From contig NC_057757.1 of assembly GCF_004010195.1 (NCBI RefSeq), forward strand, positions 9,425,636 to 9,489,635: 64,000 nt of DNA, given 5' to 3'. Made by a program: the position numbers and the translations under genes. Origin of the DNA: Chiloscyllium plagiosum. Taxonomy: Eukaryota. Positions 1 to 12,661 of the stretch are shown piece by piece (the stretch's first letter is position 1; each line of letters begins with the position of its first letter). Under the pieces are notes generated by a model. It had not been told where the DNA came from and did not search any database. It saw only the letters and a list, made by a program, of their open reading frames with translations.

Positions 1-1254
1 CCTCTATCCCCCCCCTCCTCCTCCATCCCCACGGTCTGGGCGACGCGTGACAAAGTTATCGAGTTTCAGGGAAGGGTGACCCTATCCCTCAGCCTCCTGG
101 ACCGCTCTCGCCAAGAAGACCCTCCCCCCCCTCCTCCTCCTCCCTCCCCCCAAAGCCGTCAGCGGCAACCCAACCCAGGGGACGTCCGCCCGAATAAACG
201 CTGTCGTTGTCCTTCCCTCGAGCGTCGTTGTCCACCTACTGCGCCGACGCGGGAGGGTTTAAGGGGGGGGAGGGGCTTCCCGCCAGTCGGCGGCCTCCCC
301 TGACTGACCCGGGGGACGCCATTTTGTTTCAGCCGGCCCCGCCCACGCAGCTTCGCGGGGCGCGTACGCGCGCGCGCGCGCGCTGCGGCCGTTTATTTCT
401 CCCGCGCCTCCGAGGATAAGTCTGCCAACGTTGACGGGCTCCCGCTCGGAAAAGCGTTCCGCGGGTGAAACGCAACTTCCGGTAACGGTTCGGGCCTCCT
501 CCGTGAGAGAGGTGGGCGGGAATAGAAACCCACTGCGATTGGTCAGTTCAGAGGGGGAACAGGCTCCCCGAATTGTCACGTGTGTCCTGTGTGTGTGTGT
601 GTTTTTTTTTAAACTTTAACGTCCACTTGGTTGGTGTCGGGTCCGTTTTTATTCGAGTCCGCCGCTCACCCTACCCCCCCACCTTCCCGCGCCCACCTTT
701 TTTTGTCAGTGGGAAAGAAACGGAGGGGATACGTGCTGTACAAAAGAGCTCAGCTCTGAGGTAATGCGGCCCGTCGTCGAAACCCATTTCCTCGGCGGCG
801 GCGGCGGCGGCGGGAAAAAAAAACCACTCCGAAATTAAACAGAAAGAAACGATCAGAGGTTCAAACCGTCGAGTTCAACACTCCAAACCGCCGCGTTTTT
901 TCAACAAGGATCGATTGGGGCTTATCCCATTGAATGGTCACGGGACCGCAGGAAGGCCGGGGCCTCCCGTTTCCTCGACAAGTGTTTTGGAAGATTCCTC
1001 AGAGACATCGCGCGGGAGGTGGTGGGGGGGGGGAGGGTTTGCCTCGCCCTCTTTTTCCCCACCCCCCCCCCCCTCAAAAAAAGTGTGTCATGTGGGTGGA
1101 AAAATATTGTAATTATTCAGCTCAAACGCTTCACGTTCCGAAAGGTTGTCGGATCCAGTCGAACCTCGGCCTAGCGTGTCCTCGAGGGTGGGGGCCCCCA
1201 GGTGTGGATCTGTCTCCCCTGGCGACGCGGCCGGAGGCTGTGCCCGGCTCCGGA
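1..1254 (-). other. Probable NLGN2 3' UTR and downstream region; CpG-island-like
   Basis: Directly follows the stop codon and is very CpG-rich, with a (GGC)n tract at about 793-812 and a (CG)n run at about 359-383. Minus-strand AATAAA candidates at 648-653 and 392-397. The true transcript end cannot be determined from sequence. Confidence 0.55.
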
Positions 1255-2077
1255 CTATACCCGGGTGGTGGAGTGTGGGTGCGGCAGCGTGTTGTTGTGC
1301 CCGGCCGGGTAGGTGTTGAACGAGTGGAGGGGCTGCATGCCGCCGATCGTACTGGGGATCATGGTGATGGTGCTGGGGGTCATCAGGGGGACGTCGTCGG
1401 GCGCCCTGCGCAGCGCCAGGGTGTAGTCGGGCGGGCAGGCCGGCCGCAGGATCTCGTGGGGCCGCAGAGGCTCCAGGTCGTGCCCCTCGTGGTCGCTGTG
1501 CTTGATCTGAAGCGACATGATCTCCTCCTCCTGGGCGTGCGCCAGCTCATTGCTGGGGTTGCGCTGGGGACTGAGCCGGCGGTGGAGCTCATGCCTCTTG
1601 TCCCGTTTGTAGTAGAGGGCGGCGAATGCCAGGATGTTGAGGAAGAGCAGCGAGGCCCCCACCGCCACGGTCACGCTCAGCTCCGTGGAGTAGTCCCGCG
1701 AGTCCTTGGGCAGGCGGGCGTAGTTGGGCGGGTGGTCGGTGTGCTCCTGCTCGGGGGGCGAGGTGACAAACGGCCGTTTGGTGGTGACCGTCCAGCCTTT
1801 GCCGTGGGCCCGCTTGGTCATGAAGGGCTCTTCCAGAGGGCTCCTGGTAGTGGTGGAGGTGTACTGGAGGAGCTCGTGCAGGTTGTGGAGGTGGGGGACC
1901 AGCTCCAGCCAGAATGCCACTTTGTTGGCACGGTAATGCTCCCGGATCCGCGGCTTCAGGCCGATGTGGAGGTAGGGCTTCTCCTTGGAGTTGAACTTGG
2001 TCCAGGCGACCTCCTCGAAGCGGTTGGGCTTGGTGTGGATGAACTTGGTGTCTTGGGGGACCGGCTTGTTGGGGTCT
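1255..2077 (-). CDS. NLGN2: Neuroligin-2, terminal coding exon (end of cholinesterase-like domain, stalk, transmembrane helix, cytoplasmic tail)
   Basis: Translates as [43 protein letters not shown]...[33 protein letters not shown]...[17 protein letters not shown]...HPHSTTRV*. Acceptor tgtttccccgcag| lies at 2080-2078 and the phase matches the upstream exon (GG|A = Gly). Stop TAG at 1257-1255. KFNSKEK and [10 protein letters not shown] are NLGN2-type residues. Confidence 0.93.
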
Positions 2078-2235
2078 CTGCGGGGAAACAGAGGCAATGA
2101 AAGACCCAATCAAATCACTCAGGTCTTGTCTTCCCGAAACGAGGGTGACCTGAGGGAACGTGACTTCACACGACGCGCGTCTCAGGAATGCACCACCCGG
2201 AAATGTGGGGGAGGGGTTCAAGAGGGCGTTTGGAC

Positions 2236-2590
2236 GGTGGCGTGGGGTTAGCTCAGTTCGCTGGACAGCTAGCTTGCAATGTGGAGTGATGCCAACGCGT
2301 ATGGGTCCGACCCCTATCATAGGTGAGGTTACCACAAAAGACCACCACAAAGGGGCGTGGAATGTAACAGGAGTGGACTCGCCAACTTTAAGGGCATTTC
2401 AATGGTCATTGGATATACATGTGGATGAGAATGGAATAGGGCAGGTTAGACGGGCTTCAGATTGGTTCCACAGGTTGGCACAGCATGGAGGGCCAAAGGA
2501 CCTGTACTGCGCTGGAATGTTATCTGACTCTCCTTGTCTGAGCCATGGAGACTCTCAGGTTAAACTCTGTGTGTGTCTCTCTCTCTCTCG
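2236..2590 (+). mobile_element. tRNA-derived SINE relic interrupted by a CR1 3' fragment (about 2350-2520)
   Basis: A-box-like GGTTAGCTCAGTTCG and degenerate B-box GGGTCCGACCCC, followed by an inserted CR1-type 3' tail. Confidence 0.5.
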
Positions 2591-3304
2591 TCGGGGTTTA
2601 GTTTGAATGTAAATGGTATGCACAGGTATGAAGAATAGGGCGTGCTCTTGGCCCACTGTAGCACCGAAACAAGAAGGTTTTAAAGGGTATTTTAAATCGT
2701 TTATTCATCCATTTACTGGCAATGGGCAGCACTTACCCGGCCCAGCATTCAAACTCCATCCCTAATTACTCAAAGAACGGTCAAGAGTCATCCACATTGT
2801 TGTGGATGTGGAGTTAAATGTAAGCCTAGACTGGGTCAGGACAGCAGATTTCCTTCCCTGAAGGATAATGGTGAACCGTGATGGGTTTTCCAACGATCAG
2901 GCTGTGGGGGCCAGGTCAGTGAATATATTTAAGAATGAGATGGATCGATAGGTTCCTGAGTATCACGGGGATCCAGGGTTACAGGGAGGAAGCAGGAGAA
3001 TGGGATTGAGAAACCTATCAGCCATGACTGAATGGCAGAGCAGGCTTGATGGACTGAATGGCCTAACTCCTATGTCTGATGGTCTTACAATCCAATGGCC
3101 ATGCCAGGAGGGGTTGGGGGTGTTATGGAAGCATGCTGGGATTTCAGAGAGGGGCCTCACCAATGCCCCGCCTCCCCACACCCTTCGACCCCTATCCAAT
3201 CCCGGGCTCCGAACCCGGTGACCTTACACTCCCACCCCCTACCCCGGGGATAGTCGGTTACCCCACTCCACCCCCGAGGATGGCACATTTGCTCGCTCAC
3301 TCAC

Positions 3305-4094
3305 CCGGTCTTGGCAAAGTTGGTCCAGTAGGTCATCACCACGGCACTGAGCATGACATCGTTCTTGGAGAAGTTACAGGGGAAGAGCTCAGTGACACCG
3401 ATCATGGGGATCCCGAAGACGTACGGGATCTCGTCGCCGTGCGCAGCATCAGCCCACACCGCCTTCATCTCGCTCTGGCAGTGGTGGTAGAAGGTGTAGA
3501 AATAGGTGGGGGACTGGTACTCGGCGTGGAGCCGGGCGGTAGCGATGGCCGGCGCCACCCACTGGTGGTCGGTGAACAACGCCAGCAGGGTCTTGCGACG
3601 CATCTCGCCATTGTCACGGTCTGCCCAGTCGGTGTACATGAACTTGATGGTCTCCCGCAGGATGTCCTTGCCCTCTGGGTACCCGTACAGGTTGTCCACG
3701 AAGTTGGACACGGCAAAGTCGAAGTAGCTGGCTGAGATGCCGTCTTCGTTGTCCACCAGGGACTCCACAAACTTGAAGCCCTCGCCCTGGTTCACCCCCA
3801 GCAGGATGTCGTAGTTGAGGAACTCGCCCTGCTCCATCAGGATCTCGGGGTCATCCGGGAGCACGTCGCCGTCGACGACAGGCCCGAAGGCGATGTGGTA
3901 CCGGGTGGGTTGGATGTCCTGGTCGACCAGCTCACGGTAAGACTTCCGCCGCAAGCACTCCACCACGTCAACGGTCTCCGGGAAATTGCAGCCCACCTTC
4001 TTGGCCAGGATACGGGTGTACTTGGCTGGTTGGTAGTTGACCGACCAGCTGGAGATGGCGGTGCCACTCTGAGCAATGGCGCGCTGAAACAGAC
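3305..4094 (-). CDS. NLGN2: Neuroligin-2, penultimate 790-bp coding exon (cholinesterase-like domain)
   Basis: Acceptor ccaccgcag| at 4097-4095 and donor GG|gtgagt at 3304. Reads [36 protein letters not shown]...GVNQGEG...[27 protein letters not shown]...[12 protein letters not shown]...[20 protein letters not shown] and [16 protein letters not shown] match NLGN2 rather than NLGN1/3/4 as I recall those sequences. Confidence 0.93.
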
Positions 4095-4647
4095 CTGCGG
4101 TGGGGGTGGGGGGGAGAGACGGAAACCTCAGGCATGAGGGGCTTTCACTGCGGTCGCCATTTCACCCTCGTCATGTACCACCGCGTACCATCGAAAACGA
4201 CACACAGACATAACAATGGAGCAAAACAGACCCAAAATACTCAGCCGATGTCGTCTTTCCCCCTTGACCTTCCCACCCGGTAATTCCGAACCCTCCCTGA
4301 GTACAGGAGCAGCCCATTTGGTCCACTCTGCTGTTTTAATGCCCTTTCCCTCTCCTCGCTCCCTCGTCCACTCTCTCTGGTCTCTGTACTGCTGGGCCTG
4401 TGCTGTAATGTTCTATAAGAGCCCTGTACTGCGCTGTAAATTTATCCATATATAAAAGACAAGAGTGTTGGAAAACGGTTGGCTCACTCAAGGACAAAAG
4501 AAGGAATCTGAAGGCAGAAGAGTTGGTGAGGTCCTAAATGAATACTTTGGGCCTGTCTAAACCAAGAACACCCAGAATGCCTCAGCAGTGACCACTCACA
4601 GACCAGGGAGTACACTTCCCAAGACAACTAACAATAAGCTTCCTGGA

Positions 4648-4833
4648 AAGGGTGGTGTTTGTCACTGGCCACCCGGGTGTTTTCCTATCTTCCTGGTGGT
4701 GGAATTAGAATAAAGATTCGTGCACTTTGTGTCTTTCACTGTGTCTCACACCTGCACACACACACCATGGGTGCTGGGGAAAAGATAAGCACTACCGCAG
4801 TTAGGCGGTAGTGTGGGGGTTAAATTTAAAAAA
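4648..4833 (+). mobile_element. 5'-truncated non-LTR retroelement 3' end with A-tail and 18-bp target-site duplication
   Basis: AACAATAAGCTTCCTGGA occurs at both 4630-4647 and 4834-4851. The insert contains AATAAA and a 9-bp-stem hairpin (4790-4813) and ends in an A run. Confidence 0.8.
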
Positions 4834-5459
4834 AACAATAAGCTTCCTGGACCCGATCAACACAGCTGTCCTAAAGACCTAAGGGCAGTGTCATACCCTA
4901 GAGATACCAAAGGACAGGTCAGACGGAGAGGCACCAGCATACCTCGCTCACAGGCGAGCAACAATGGAGACACCTTACTGTCAGGAAAAGGGACACTCCC
5001 ACCTCCCTGGGAAGAGAGCTGGAATCTCCTGATTCCATTAGGAATTGATCAGTGCTGCCAGGATTCCTCACTTTATCGATATTCAGGCCATTCTTCTGAT
5101 AACTGCTTTTATTATCAAATACATTGTATTTTCCCTGTTGTTAATTAACAGCATTTTACACAACACCAATAAAACCTCGCTTGATTTTCAGCTAGAGGAA
5201 GAGAGTTGATTCTCCTGTTCCTTGGATGCTGCCTGACCTGCTGCGCTTTTCCAGCAACACATTTTCAGCTCTGATCTCCAGCATCTGCAGCCCTCACTTT
5301 CTCCTAGAGGAAGAGAGTTCCACCTATCTGGGCAGACTGTCTGTGCTGTTTCAGCTTGGTCAGTTTCTCTTCCGCGATATCGCCGTGTTCATAAACGATT
5401 TGTTAATTTCACTTTGAGCTGTGTTTTGTAATCTCTGTTTTACTGGGCTAATTTCTCCG

Positions 5460-6045
5460 ACAGAAAGGACACTGAGTACAAGGAGAGGCAAGTTACGCTA
5501 CAGCTTTCCCGAACTTTAGTTAGGCCACACTTGGAATATTGCGTACGGTTCTGGTCACCACACTTCCAGAAGGATGTGAATGCTTTGGAGAGGGTACAGA
5601 AAGGGTTTACTGGGATGATGCCTGGTATAGGGGATTTTAGCGATGAAGGAAGGTTGGGTATGTTTTCGCTGGAACGCAGGAGGTTAAGGGGTCACCTGAT
5701 GGAAGGTTATAAGATTGTGAATGGCATAGGTAGAGTGGACAAGTATGAGACTTTTCCCCAGGGTAGGGAGTCAATACTAGGGGACACAGGTTCAAGGTGC
5801 AGGGGGTGGAGTTTAAGAGAGATGTGTGAGGCCACAGGGGTGGTGAGTACCAGGAACGTGCTGCCAGAGGATGTGGTGCAAGCAAACACAACAGCAGCGT
5901 TCAAGAAACGCCTGGACAACTACATGGATAGGAAGGGAATAGAGGGATATAGGCCCTGTCAGTGAAGACAGTTTTAGTATGGAAGGGCAAAATGGGTCAG
6001 TGCAGGCTTGGCAGGCCGAAGGGCCTGTTTCTGTGCTGCTTTGGT
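5460..6045 (+). mobile_element. CR1/HER1-like LINE 3' fragment
   Basis: [29 protein letters not shown] is the C-terminus of CR1 ORF2, followed by the typical ggccgaagggcctgtt 3' tail. Confidence 0.85.
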
Positions 6046-6229
6046 CTTTGTTCTCATACAGGTGAAACATGACTTCCCAACTTCTATACTCAGTGCCCCG
6101 ACCAATGAAGGTGAATATACCACTTGCCTCCTTTATTACCTGATCCATTTGTATTGCCACTTTCAGGGAACCAGTGACTTGGACCCAAAGATTCTTCTGT
6201 ATATCAATGCTCCTCAGAGTCTTGGCGTC

Positions 6230-6425
6230 AGTGAAGACTGCAGATGCTGGAGATCAGAGATGAGAGAGTATGGTGCTGGAAAAGCACAGCAGGTCAGGCA
6301 GCATCCGAGGAGCAGGAAAATCAACCTTTAGGACAGAAGCCCCTCATCAGCAATTTAATCAGGAATCATTCCTGATGAAGGGCTTATGCCCGACACGTCG
6401 ATTCTCCTGCTCTTCGGATGCTGCC
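6230..6425. mobile_element. Penelope-like element terminal repeats in inverted arrangement
   Basis: A minus-strand copy (6230-6352) faces a plus-strand copy containing CCTGATGAAGGGCTTATGCCCGACACGTC, a degenerate hammerhead-like core. Confidence 0.6.
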
Positions 6426-8620
6426 TTCTTGTACTGCTGCAATCCCACCTGCTGTGGGTTGACCCACAATGCCCTTAGGGAGGGAATTCCAGGATTCTGA
6501 CCCAGTGACCGTGAAGGAATGCCGATATAGTTCCATGTCAGGATGGTGAGTGGTTTGGAGGGGAACTTGAAGGTAGTGGTGTTCCCGTGTATCTCTACCA
6601 TTGTCCTTCTAGATGGAGGTGGTTGTGGCTTTGGAAGGTGCTGCCTGAGGATCTTTGGTGAAATTCTGCAGGACATCTTGTAGATGGTACACATTGCTGC
6701 TACTGAGTGCTGGTGGGGAAGGGAGGGAATGTTTGCAAATGTGCCAATCAAGGGGCTGCTTTGTCCTGGGTGGTGTCGAGCTTCTTGAGTGTTGTTGGAG
6801 CTGCCCTCATCCAGGTAAGTGGGGAGTATTCCCTCACCCTCCTGACTTGTGCCTTGTAGATGTTGGACAGGATTTAGGGAGTCAGGCTAGATTCCCAGCC
6901 TCTGACCTGCTCTTGTAGCTACTGTGTTTATGTGGTGAGTTCAGTTGAGTTTCTGGTCAATGATAACTCCCAGGATGTTGACCATAGGGGATTTAGTGAT
7001 GGTATCACCATTGAATGTCAAAGGGCGATGGTTAGATTGTCACTTATTGGCGATCGTCAGAACCTGGTATTTGTGTGGAGCGAATGTCGCTTGCCACTTG
7101 TCAGCCCAAGCCTGGATATTGTCCAGATCTTGTTGCATTTGAACATGGGACTGATTTAGTATCTGAGGAGTGGTGAATGTTGCTCAACACTGTGCAATCA
7201 TCGGTGAACATTCCCACTTCGGACCTTCTGATGGAGGGAAGGTCATTGATGAAGCAGCTGAAGATGGTTGGGCCTGGGACACACCCCTGAGGATACTGAT
7301 AAATGATAGTAAACTGAGGGGCAATAATTGGCTGGGTTGTATTTGTCCTTTTTTTTATATACAGGACATACCTGGACAATTTTCAACATTGTTGGGTAGG
7401 CGCCAGTGTAACTGGAACAGCTTGGCTAGGGGAGCGGCATGTTCTGGAACAAACATCTTCAGTATTATTACCGGAATGTTATCAGGGCCCACTGCCTTTG
7501 CAGTATCCAGTGTCTCCAACCGTTTCTCGATATCACATGGAGGGAATAGAGTGTGGCTGAAGACTGGTCTCTGTGACGCTGCGGACTACTGGAGGCGGCC
7601 GAGATGGATCATCCACTCGGCACTTCTGGCTGAAGAAGGCTGTGAAACCTTCAGCCTTATATTTCTCCCGATGCTCTGGGCTCTTCCATCATTGAGGATG
7701 AGGATATTTGTGGAGCCTCCTCCTCCAGTGAGTTGATGAATTGTCCACAGCCATTCCCGACGGGATGTGACAGGACTGCAGAGCTACGCTCTGATCCATT
7801 GGCTGTGGAATCACTTTGCTCTGTCACCGGCTGCTTATGCTGCTTGGCAAGTCGTCCTGTTTGGGGGCTTCACCAGGTTGTCACCTCATCTTCAGGTATG
7901 CCTGGTGATGCTCCTGGCGTGCCTTCCTGCCCTCTCCATTGAACCAGGGCTGATCCAGTAGGGGATATGCTGGCCCATGGGGTTACAGTTTGTGCTGGAG
8001 TACAATTCTGCTGCTGTTAATTGCCCACAGTATCTCATGGATGCCCAGTCTCGATTTGCTTTGAAGTCTGTTCCATTGAGCACGGTGATAGTGCCACACA
8101 ATATGATGGAAATTATTCTCAATGTGAAGGTGAGACTGTATCTCCACCAGGTCTTAGTGATACTGCCATGGACAGATGCATCTCCACCCGGCAGGTTGGT
8201 GAGGATGAGATTGAGTATGTTTTTCCCCCATGTTGGTTCCCCCCACCACTTGCCGCAGACCCCAGTCTAGCAGCAACGTCCTGGAGGACCCGACCAGCTC
8301 CATCAGTAATGCTGCTGCCCGACCCACTTCTGGTGGTGGGACAATGAAATCCCCCACTCAGAGTCCATTTTGCTCCCTAGTCACCCTCAGTGCTTCCTTG
8401 AAATGTCGATTAGGGTACCGATTCATCGGCTGAGGGAGGACGGAGCGTGGTCACCAGCCGGAGGTATCCTTGCCCAAATTTAACCTGAAGCCGCAAAACC
8501 TCATGGGGTCCGGAGTCAATGTTGAGGACTCCCAAGATAACTGTATCCCGCTGTACCGCTCCCTCTGCTGGATCTGTCCTGCCGGTGGTACAGGGCATAT
8601 CCAGGGATGGTGATGGTCAA
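6425..8620 (-). mobile_element. Degenerate non-LTR retrotransposon (CR1/L2-group) RT fragment
   Basis: PQGCVPGPTIFSCFINDLPSIRRSEVGMFTDDCTV carries the RT PQG and F(A)DD motifs, with many frameshifts. A related copy lies at 47230-49050 (+). Confidence 0.75.
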
Positions 8621-9159
8621 AGCGGTCATGTTTTAGAAGTGACCTGTATAATGAAGGGGGAGTGGTCAGCTCTCTGGCTGGGCTGAGGCAGTTTACTTAA
8701 TCCAGAACTGGCTGTGAGTTCAACTGTGAGCTATGTGGAAACTCTCCCTCTTTCTCTCCTGTATTCTATTTGTACTGGTTTTTAAGGGAGTTTGCTTATT
8801 GGGACTGTTGTGTTTATTTGGAACAGCATAATTAAGTCTACTTTGGATAGACTGAGTTCTGTAAGGGTTCTTTATTGTGTTCTTTGTGAATAAGTTTTTG
8901 TCTGTTTTAAAACCTGGTAGCCAACCTCACTAAATTACTCCGGGTAATTTTCACTCTACACTTACTGAGACAAATTGCAAAGTTATCATGTGGACTGCCT
9001 GCTTCAGAATGTTTTGAGTGGCCTGGTTTAGTCCATACACTGTCCTCATCAAATACTTCAAGGACAGAGACAGCATGGGTTTAGGAACAGAGTAAAAACT
9101 TCTTCTATACTGTCCTCATCAAATACTCCCAGGACAGGCTCAGCACAGAGCTGGAGAAA

Positions 9160-9356
9160 ACTTGCTCCACAGAGACTGGAGTTCTGTCACAAAGTCCCCC
9201 TTCATTTCCACATGGAACGTCCTTGATATTGACCCAGTGCTTTCAGCGCCGGCTCACAGAGTCAGCAGAACCTCTGACACCCCTGTTTAGGGGAGTCACC
9301 GGGCTCTCTGCTTGGACTGAGTTAACAGCCCAATTAGAGAACTCGTATCCCATGAG
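9160..9356 (-). mobile_element. Degenerate solo LTR, same family as 55724-55955
   Basis: Shares segments with the TSD-flanked LTR at 55724-55955 (gtcac..ttcatt..catg, ccagc, cctgttt, aacagcccaat). Confidence 0.45.
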
Positions 9357-9989
9357 AAATGAAACCAGAAATTGCTGGAAAAGCTCAGCAGGTCTGGCAG
9401 CATCTATGGAGAGAAATCAGAGTTAACGTTTCGGGTCAGGTGACCCTCAGAACTGTTCAGAAGATATTCTTTGAGGTCCATTGGCTGACCTCATTACAAT
9501 CACTTACATCCCCACTGATTCAAGTAAAGCATCTTCTTACAATGTCCCCATCTCGCACTCCTGTGACAGGGACCGCACGGGGTGAGATACGTAGTAAGGA
9601 CGTCTTTACTCTTTAACCTTAAACTAAAGCTCCCTCTACTCTCTTAGACTGAAAGCAAACAGAAAATAAAGCTCCATTGATACCATCCATCAAATACTCC
9701 CAGGGCAGGTACAGTCTGGGGTTAACTATTGAGTAAATCTCCCCTAGGAAAGTCCCCCATCAAACACTCTCAGGACATGGGTTTGCTACAGAGTTACACT
9801 CCCTCTACTCCTTTAAACAGAAAGAAAAATCTACTCCACCTCTAACACTCACTGGACAGGAATCACATAGGGTTAGATGCAGAGGAAAGCTTGCTCTACT
9901 GGTTTACACTGGAGGTAAACTGGACGACAGGAGTGAAACAGCACGGGGGTTGGCCATTCAGCCCAACCAGTTCATGCACCCAAAGACAT

Positions 9990-10560
9990 CCAGTGAGTTT
10001 TGAGAAGATTTGTAGCTTAGGTTGAAGTTTTGGATGTAGGTTTGCTTGCTGAGCTGGAAGGTTTATTTCCAGATGTTTCATCACCCTACTAGGTAACATC
10101 TTCAGTGGGCCTCAGGCGAAGTAATGCTGAAAATTCCTGGTTTCTTTGGGCGTGTGATGTCATTTCCTGTGGTGATGTTATTTCCTGTGGTGAAGTACCC
10201 TACTAGGTGACATCTTCAGTGGGCCTCAGGCGAAGTAATGCTGAAAATTCCTGCTTTCTATTTATATGTTTGGGTTTCTTTGGGCGTGTGATGTCATTTC
10301 CTGCGGTGATGTTATTTCCTGTGGTGAAGTCACTTCCTGCTCCTTTTCTCAGGGGGTGGCAGATGGGGTCTAACTTGATGTGTTTGTTGATAGAGCTCAG
10401 GTTGGAATGCCATGCTTCTAGGAATTCTTGTGTATGTCTTTGTTTGGCTTGTCCTAGGATGGATGTGTTGTCCCAGTCGAAGTGGTGTCCTTCCTTACCC
10501 GTACGTGAGGATACTAGTTTGTGGCTAGTTGGTATTCATGTATCCTGGTGTCCTTTCTAA
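9990..10560 (-). mobile_element. Penelope-like element 3' portion with internal tandem duplication
   Basis: Minus strand contains CACTGAAGATGTTACCTAGTAGGGTGATGAAACATCTG (hammerhead-like, 10070-10107). The block ccctactaggt(a/g)acatcttcagtgggcctcaggcgaag is repeated at about 10084 and 10198. Confidence 0.6.
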
Positions 10561-10799
10561 TCCCATGTTCTGCACATGGCCCATATCCCTGCGTCTTATA
10601 GCACTTAAAATGTACCTGGATCTGCATATTAATAGAGCTTAAGGATCTCTGCTCCACCATCAACCCAGGTAGTGAATTCCACACCCCCACCACCCACATC
10701 TATTCTTTCTGCTGCTGAGTTTGAATCTATGAAACCTGGCTTTTGAACCATCTGCCAAGGTTACTCCTGCCTACTCCCATCTCTACTTCCCACAATCTT

Positions 10800-11497
10800 G
10801 TCTATGTTGTGAAACTTGAAAGGGTTCAGAAAAGATTTACAAGAATGTTGCCAAGGTTGGAGGATTTGAGCTACAGGGAGAAGTTGAATGGGCTGCGGCT
10901 GTTTTCCCTGCAGATTCTGAGGCTGAGGGATGACCTTGTAGAGGTTTATAAAATCATGAGGGGCATGGACAAAGTCTTTTCCCTGGGTTCGGGGAGTCCA
11001 GAACTAGAGGACATAGGTTTAGGGTGAGATGGGAAAGATATAAATGTTGCCAAGGTTGGAGGATTTGAGCTATAGGGAGAAGTTGAATAGGCTGGGGCTG
11101 TTTTCCCTGCAGATTCTGAGGCTGAGCGATGACCTTGTAGAGGTTTATAAAATCATGAGGGGCATGGAAAAAGTCTTTTCCCTGGGGTCGAGGAGTCCAG
11201 AACTAGAGGACATAGGTTTAGGGTGAGATGGGAAAGATATAAAAGAGACCTGAGGGGCAACCTTTTCACGCAGAGAGCGGTACATGTATGGAATGAGCTG
11301 CCAGAGGAAGTGGTGGAGGCTGGTACAATTGCAACATTTAAGAGGCATTTGGATGGGTATATGAATAGGAAGAGTTTGGAGGGATATGGGCCGTGTGCTG
11401 GCAGGTGGGACTAGATTGGGTTGGGATATTTGGTGGGCATGAACGAGTTGGACTGAAGGGTCTGTTTCCATGCTGTACAGCTCTATGACTCTATGAC
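10800..11497 (+). mobile_element. CR1 LINE 3' end with a 199-bp internal tandem duplication
   Basis: MLPRLEDLSYREKLN...EVYKIMRGM occurs twice (starts at 10845 and 11044). Ends in a (ctatga)n tail. Confidence 0.85.
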
Positions 11498-12239
11498 CTC
11501 AAACATGTCGCCCCAGTTTTCTCTGTTAGAAAGGAAATAACATCAACGTTTCCGACCTCTCCTTGTAGCTACAACTCTCCAGCCCTGGCAATATTCTGAT
11601 AAATTGTCTCTGCACTTTCTCCAGAGCAGTTGCGTTGTTCCTGTAACGTGGTGACCAGAACTGCCCACAATATTCCCCTCGTGGTCTCACCTGTATCTTA
11701 TACAGTTTCATCATTATATCCCTACTTTTGTGCTCTATTCCTCTGCTAGTGGAGAACATTCCGCAGAGCTGCCTAACAACCTTATCTACTTGCACTTGCA
11801 AACTGAAATCTCTCACTTCATCTCCCTCTCTCAGTATATTCCCGTTTACTGTGTATTCCCTTTTACTGTTGCATTACCTAATACTTATCAGAGTTGAACT
11901 CCACCTGCCACTTTCCTGTCCACTCAACCAACCCATCTATATCAATTTGAGCTTACAGCTATCTAATACATAACCCACTATACACTGTCCATTTCTGTGT
12001 TTCTTGCTGATTTCCCAGTTGTGCCCAGCCCATTCAAGTTCAAATTGTTAGTGTATTAAATAAACAGCAGGGGGTCCCAACACTGTGGGACAGCATTGAC
12101 ACAGCTTTCCACTCGCAAAGGCCGCTATCTTTATGTCCTGTTACGAAGCCACCTTTAGATTCAGTTCAATTCCAGTGTGCTAGTGCAGTCTTAAGCTGCC
12201 TGAGGAAATCGTGTGTTCGAGAACAACAATATCAGATCC

Positions 12240-12660
12240 GACACTCTGGTTTACAGAGCTGTGGTGGTTCCCGCCCCCACCCCCCTCCCCATAAACCTCT
12301 GAGATATGGACTGTCTCCAGCAGGGACTTCGATGTGCTGGAGCAGTCTCACCAACGCTGTCTGCGCAAGATCCTGCCAATCCACTGGGAAGACAGACGCA
12401 CCAACGTCCTCAACCAGGTATCGAGGTTCTGACCGTCCTTGATTGGCTGCAATGGGTTGGGCACGTCGTCCCCATGAGACTCCCCCGCAGTAGGTGCTTT
12501 CTACTCCCAGCTCCAGAATGGCAGACGGGCCCCAGGTGGACATAGCAAGTGCCTCACGGATACACTCACTGGCAAAATGCAGCATTCCCACTGACACCTG
12601 GGAATCACTGGCCCAAGATCATCCAACATGGAGGAGGAGCATCTGGGAACGTAAGAACCA
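12240..12660 (+). mobile_element. RTE-clade LINE fragment
   Basis: LEQSHQRCLRKILPIHWEDRRTNV...LQWVGHVV resembles the C-terminus of RTE/BovB ORF2. Confidence 0.65.
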
Positions 12661-12661
12661 T

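Noticed and set aside
934..2100. 388-aa plus-strand ORF, and 3079-3735 (+)
   Set aside because: Antisense shadows of the GC3-rich NLGN2 exons.
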